Below are positions 61,838 through 64,000 of a DNA stretch of 64,000 nt, piece after piece (position 1 is the stretch's first letter; every line of letters begins with the position of its first letter). The stretch is from assembly GCA_023205875.1 (NCBI GenBank), contig CP060755.1, forward strand, positions 558,001 to 622,000, read 5' to 3'. A program made the translations under genes and the position numbers. Below the pieces are notes generated by a model, which saw nothing but the letters and a program-made list of their open reading frames with translations, was not told the origin of the DNA and did not search any database. This DNA is from Chloropicon primus. Its lineage: Eukaryota.

Positions 61838-64000
61838 TTACTTTTTGCCCTGGTACTTGAAATGCATCTCGTACTTGGTGTGCAGCTTCTTGAGCTTTTC
61901 CATGTAGTTCCCGCTGTCCCTCTTGCCGAGGAAGACAGTATGAAGGTGCTTGAGGTCTTTTGGGGGGCAGGATCCAAGGAGAGTGCATATCCCTGACTCC
62001 AATATCAGGGTGATCTCCGATTTATCGCCCGCATTCATGTCACCGTGCTCAAGGAAAACGTAACTTGACAAGACGTGCACGAGATACTTTCCAAAGTTTT
62101 CGCTCTGGCTCGCAAGCTCTTTATACAAGTCACAGACATACGATGCAGCACTCCTCAGTTTCACCATCAGGTCATCAAGTTCCTGCGCACCGCTTCCATC
62201 CGCATTCTCGACTTGCTTGGCGATCAGGCTCTCGACGGAAAGTATCTTGGACTGCAAGCACGAAGAACTCTGTATGATCAGTGCTGCCGATCTTCTGCAC
62301 TGATTTCCTCTGAATTTTACGCATCCATGGATGAGCCTGCAGCAGGTCGCCACGATGTTGCATTCTTGCTTTGCGTCAGGCATGGCCCCGCTCGTGGTTC
62401 CAAACAACGAGAGTGGCAAGCACAGCAGTCTCCCAATGGTGTTGACCCTCAACTTCATGGAAGGGGCCCAAGAGACTATGGATATGAACGTCAAGATGTG
62501 CTCTTCCAGCACCTTGGGGGAGCCACAGGAGGGCAGGTCATTCAAAAGGCAATTGATGTGCACGTCTGCGTAGTTAGACTGTATCCTAAGGCATTTCTTG
62601 TCCTGAGTGCGCGCCCGCAGCCACAGGGAGCTTGTGGGAGACTCAAAGTAGCATTCCAGGGCAGCCAGGGACCACGAAACGTGCTTCTTTCCTGTCAGCC
62701 TTCTTGAGGACATTTCACAATGGTTCAACGCCGCTTCACACTGGGTTCTGAGCTTCAAGAAGACTGTCAGCTTTCTCAAAGCAAGGGCGCTTGAGGTGAG
62801 CTGTGCCGCGTCCAACTCTATCGAAAGCTCCAGAAAGTGAAGAAATTTTCTCCAAATAAACCTTTGAAGCCGATTCAGGTCACCATCAGTCGAGAAAGGG
62901 CAGCCAGCCTTTGCCACGAGAGCCATCAAGATGCTCTTTGCGCATTGGATGTGCTCAAGACTCGACTCAATATAGCTTGAGGATTTTTCGCTACTGTGAT
63001 AGGTGATGATCTCAACGTAGGCATCGATCAAGCTTTCCACGTACAGTAATTCTCCAACAACTCCCCCCGACGGTGTTGTGTGGCCTCCACTAAGCTTCCG
63101 TCTCTTTGGCGATTCTCTGTCATTTGGTCTCCTCTCACCCACTTCCATGATCTCTCGCACCAGATCCTTCTGAAATCGACGAATGGCTTCTCTCGCGTCC
63201 TCGGAACTGCTTTCGTGGTATCTCACGGCCCGGGCCGCTGCCTTCCATGACAAACACTTTGCCTTACCTTTCGGAAACCCGAAGTAGTCCAAGTCATCCT
63301 CTGAAGCGCTTGATGGCGACTGCAAAAATTGCTCTGAAAGTTCTTTGAGCTCAGTAGAGTACGTGACCCCAACGATCTCCAGGAAATCGCTCAGGCAATG
63401 AGTCAAATCAGTTGCCAATCGATCCGAGATGCACACGATCGAACCCACAGCCCACTTTTGTAGTGACAGCCTCTTTCTGGATCCAATCTTAAACCCTGGC
63501 AATAGGACAGGCATCATGCACTTTCTTGTTCTACAAAGCACGTTCGACAGGGCTTTGATGCACTGGCTTTTTCTCGTCGATGCAGAAATCGAGGAAAGGG
63601 CGTCTATCTGGTCCAGCACAATCCCTTCAACGAGAGTCATGTGCACACAAACACTGCTAACTAGTTCAGAATCCAGCTCGCTCCTTCTCAGGCACAAGTC
63701 AATGCAATGGATCAACGCCCTCAGTCTGCTCGAAGTGATGAGATTGTATGCGTCCCATCCTCGCTCCTTCAATTCAATGTTTGAATGCCTCTTGTGTCCG
63801 AATGGTTGCCCAATCACGTGATCCTGAACCTGTTTGACAACCTGCTCCATCTTCTTTTCACCATTCCTATATTTTGTTCGGTACTTCCATATTTTCTCAC
63901 TCAATGTGGTTCTCAACTCCTCACGCCCCAAGCAAATCTCGAGCTGACTTTTCGTCAACTGCAGCAATCTCTCACGGATCTCGGTGTTTCTGCTCTGTGA
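61838..64000 (-). CDS. URB2: Nucleolar pre-ribosome factor Urb2/Npa2-like (5' part lies outside the window)
   Basis: C-terminus LESGICTLLGSC..LKHL..LKKLHTKYEMHFKYQGKK matches the Urb2 C-terminal domain; the ORF is open to the window edge. Confidence 0.75.
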   Translation of the reverse strand, partial: SQSRNTEIRERLLQLTKSQLEICLGREELRTTLSEKIWKYRTKYRNGEKKMEQVVKQVQDHVIGQPFGHKRHSNIELKERGWDAYNLITSSRLRALIHCIDLCLRRSELDSELVSSVCVHMTLVEGIVLDQIDALSSISASTRKSQCIKALSNVLCRTRKCMMPVLLPGFKIGSRKRLSLQKWAVGSIVCISDRLATDLTHCLSDFLEIVGVTYSTELKELSEQFLQSPSSASEDDLDYFGFPKGKAKCLSWKAAARAVRYHESSSEDAREAIRRFQKDLVREIMEVGERRPNDRESPKRRKLSGGHTTPSGGVVGELLYVESLIDAYVEIITYHSSEKSSSYIESSLEHIQCAKSILMALVAKAGCPFSTDGDLNRLQRFIWRKFLHFLELSIELDAAQLTSSALALRKLTVFLKLRTQCEAALNHCEMSSRRLTGKKHVSWSLAALECYFESPTSSLWLRARTQDKKCLRIQSNYADVHINCLLNDLPSCGSPKVLEEHILTFISIVSWAPSMKLRVNTIGRLLCLPLSLFGTTSGAMPDAKQECNIVATCCRLIHGCVKFRGNQCRRSAALIIQSSSCLQSKILSVESLIAKQVENADGSGAQELDDLMVKLRSAASYVCDLYKELASQSENFGKYLVHVLSSYVFLEHGDMNAGDKSEITLILESGICTLLGSCPPKDLKHLHTVFLGKRDSGNYMEKLKKLHTKYEMHFKYQGKK

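Overview
Gene-dense, GC-rich eukaryotic nuclear DNA with very short intergenic spacers, few short spliceosomal introns and many (GA/CT)n microsatellites. Plastid-targeted and plant-type genes (ABC1K, UMP kinase, TPI, chorismate mutase, TOM1, full-size ABCD/COMATOSE) indicate a compact green alga; a Chloropicon-like picoalga is my inference. I can support about 33 protein-coding genes, with starts and introns re-derived by hand because the ORF track is unspliced and uses non-ATG starts. There is also one intron-containing tRNA-Arg(CCG). I saw no transposon or CRISPR array. The most unusual items are: (1) a myosin with an IQ-SAH-PH-FERM tail and a 'QLGYSG' SH1 motif, unlike the class VIII/XI myosins of green plants; (2) a tRNA-Arg(CCG) with non-canonical A18/G55 whose degenerate internal promoter is preceded by an abutting A-box/B-box leader; (3) a bromodomain protein with a KANSL1/MSL1-type PEHE region; (4) a cyclin T/K carrying Pol II CTD-like heptads; (5) a candidate bicistronic bL31m-VAP27 locus. 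Family calls come from motif recognition, not database searches.
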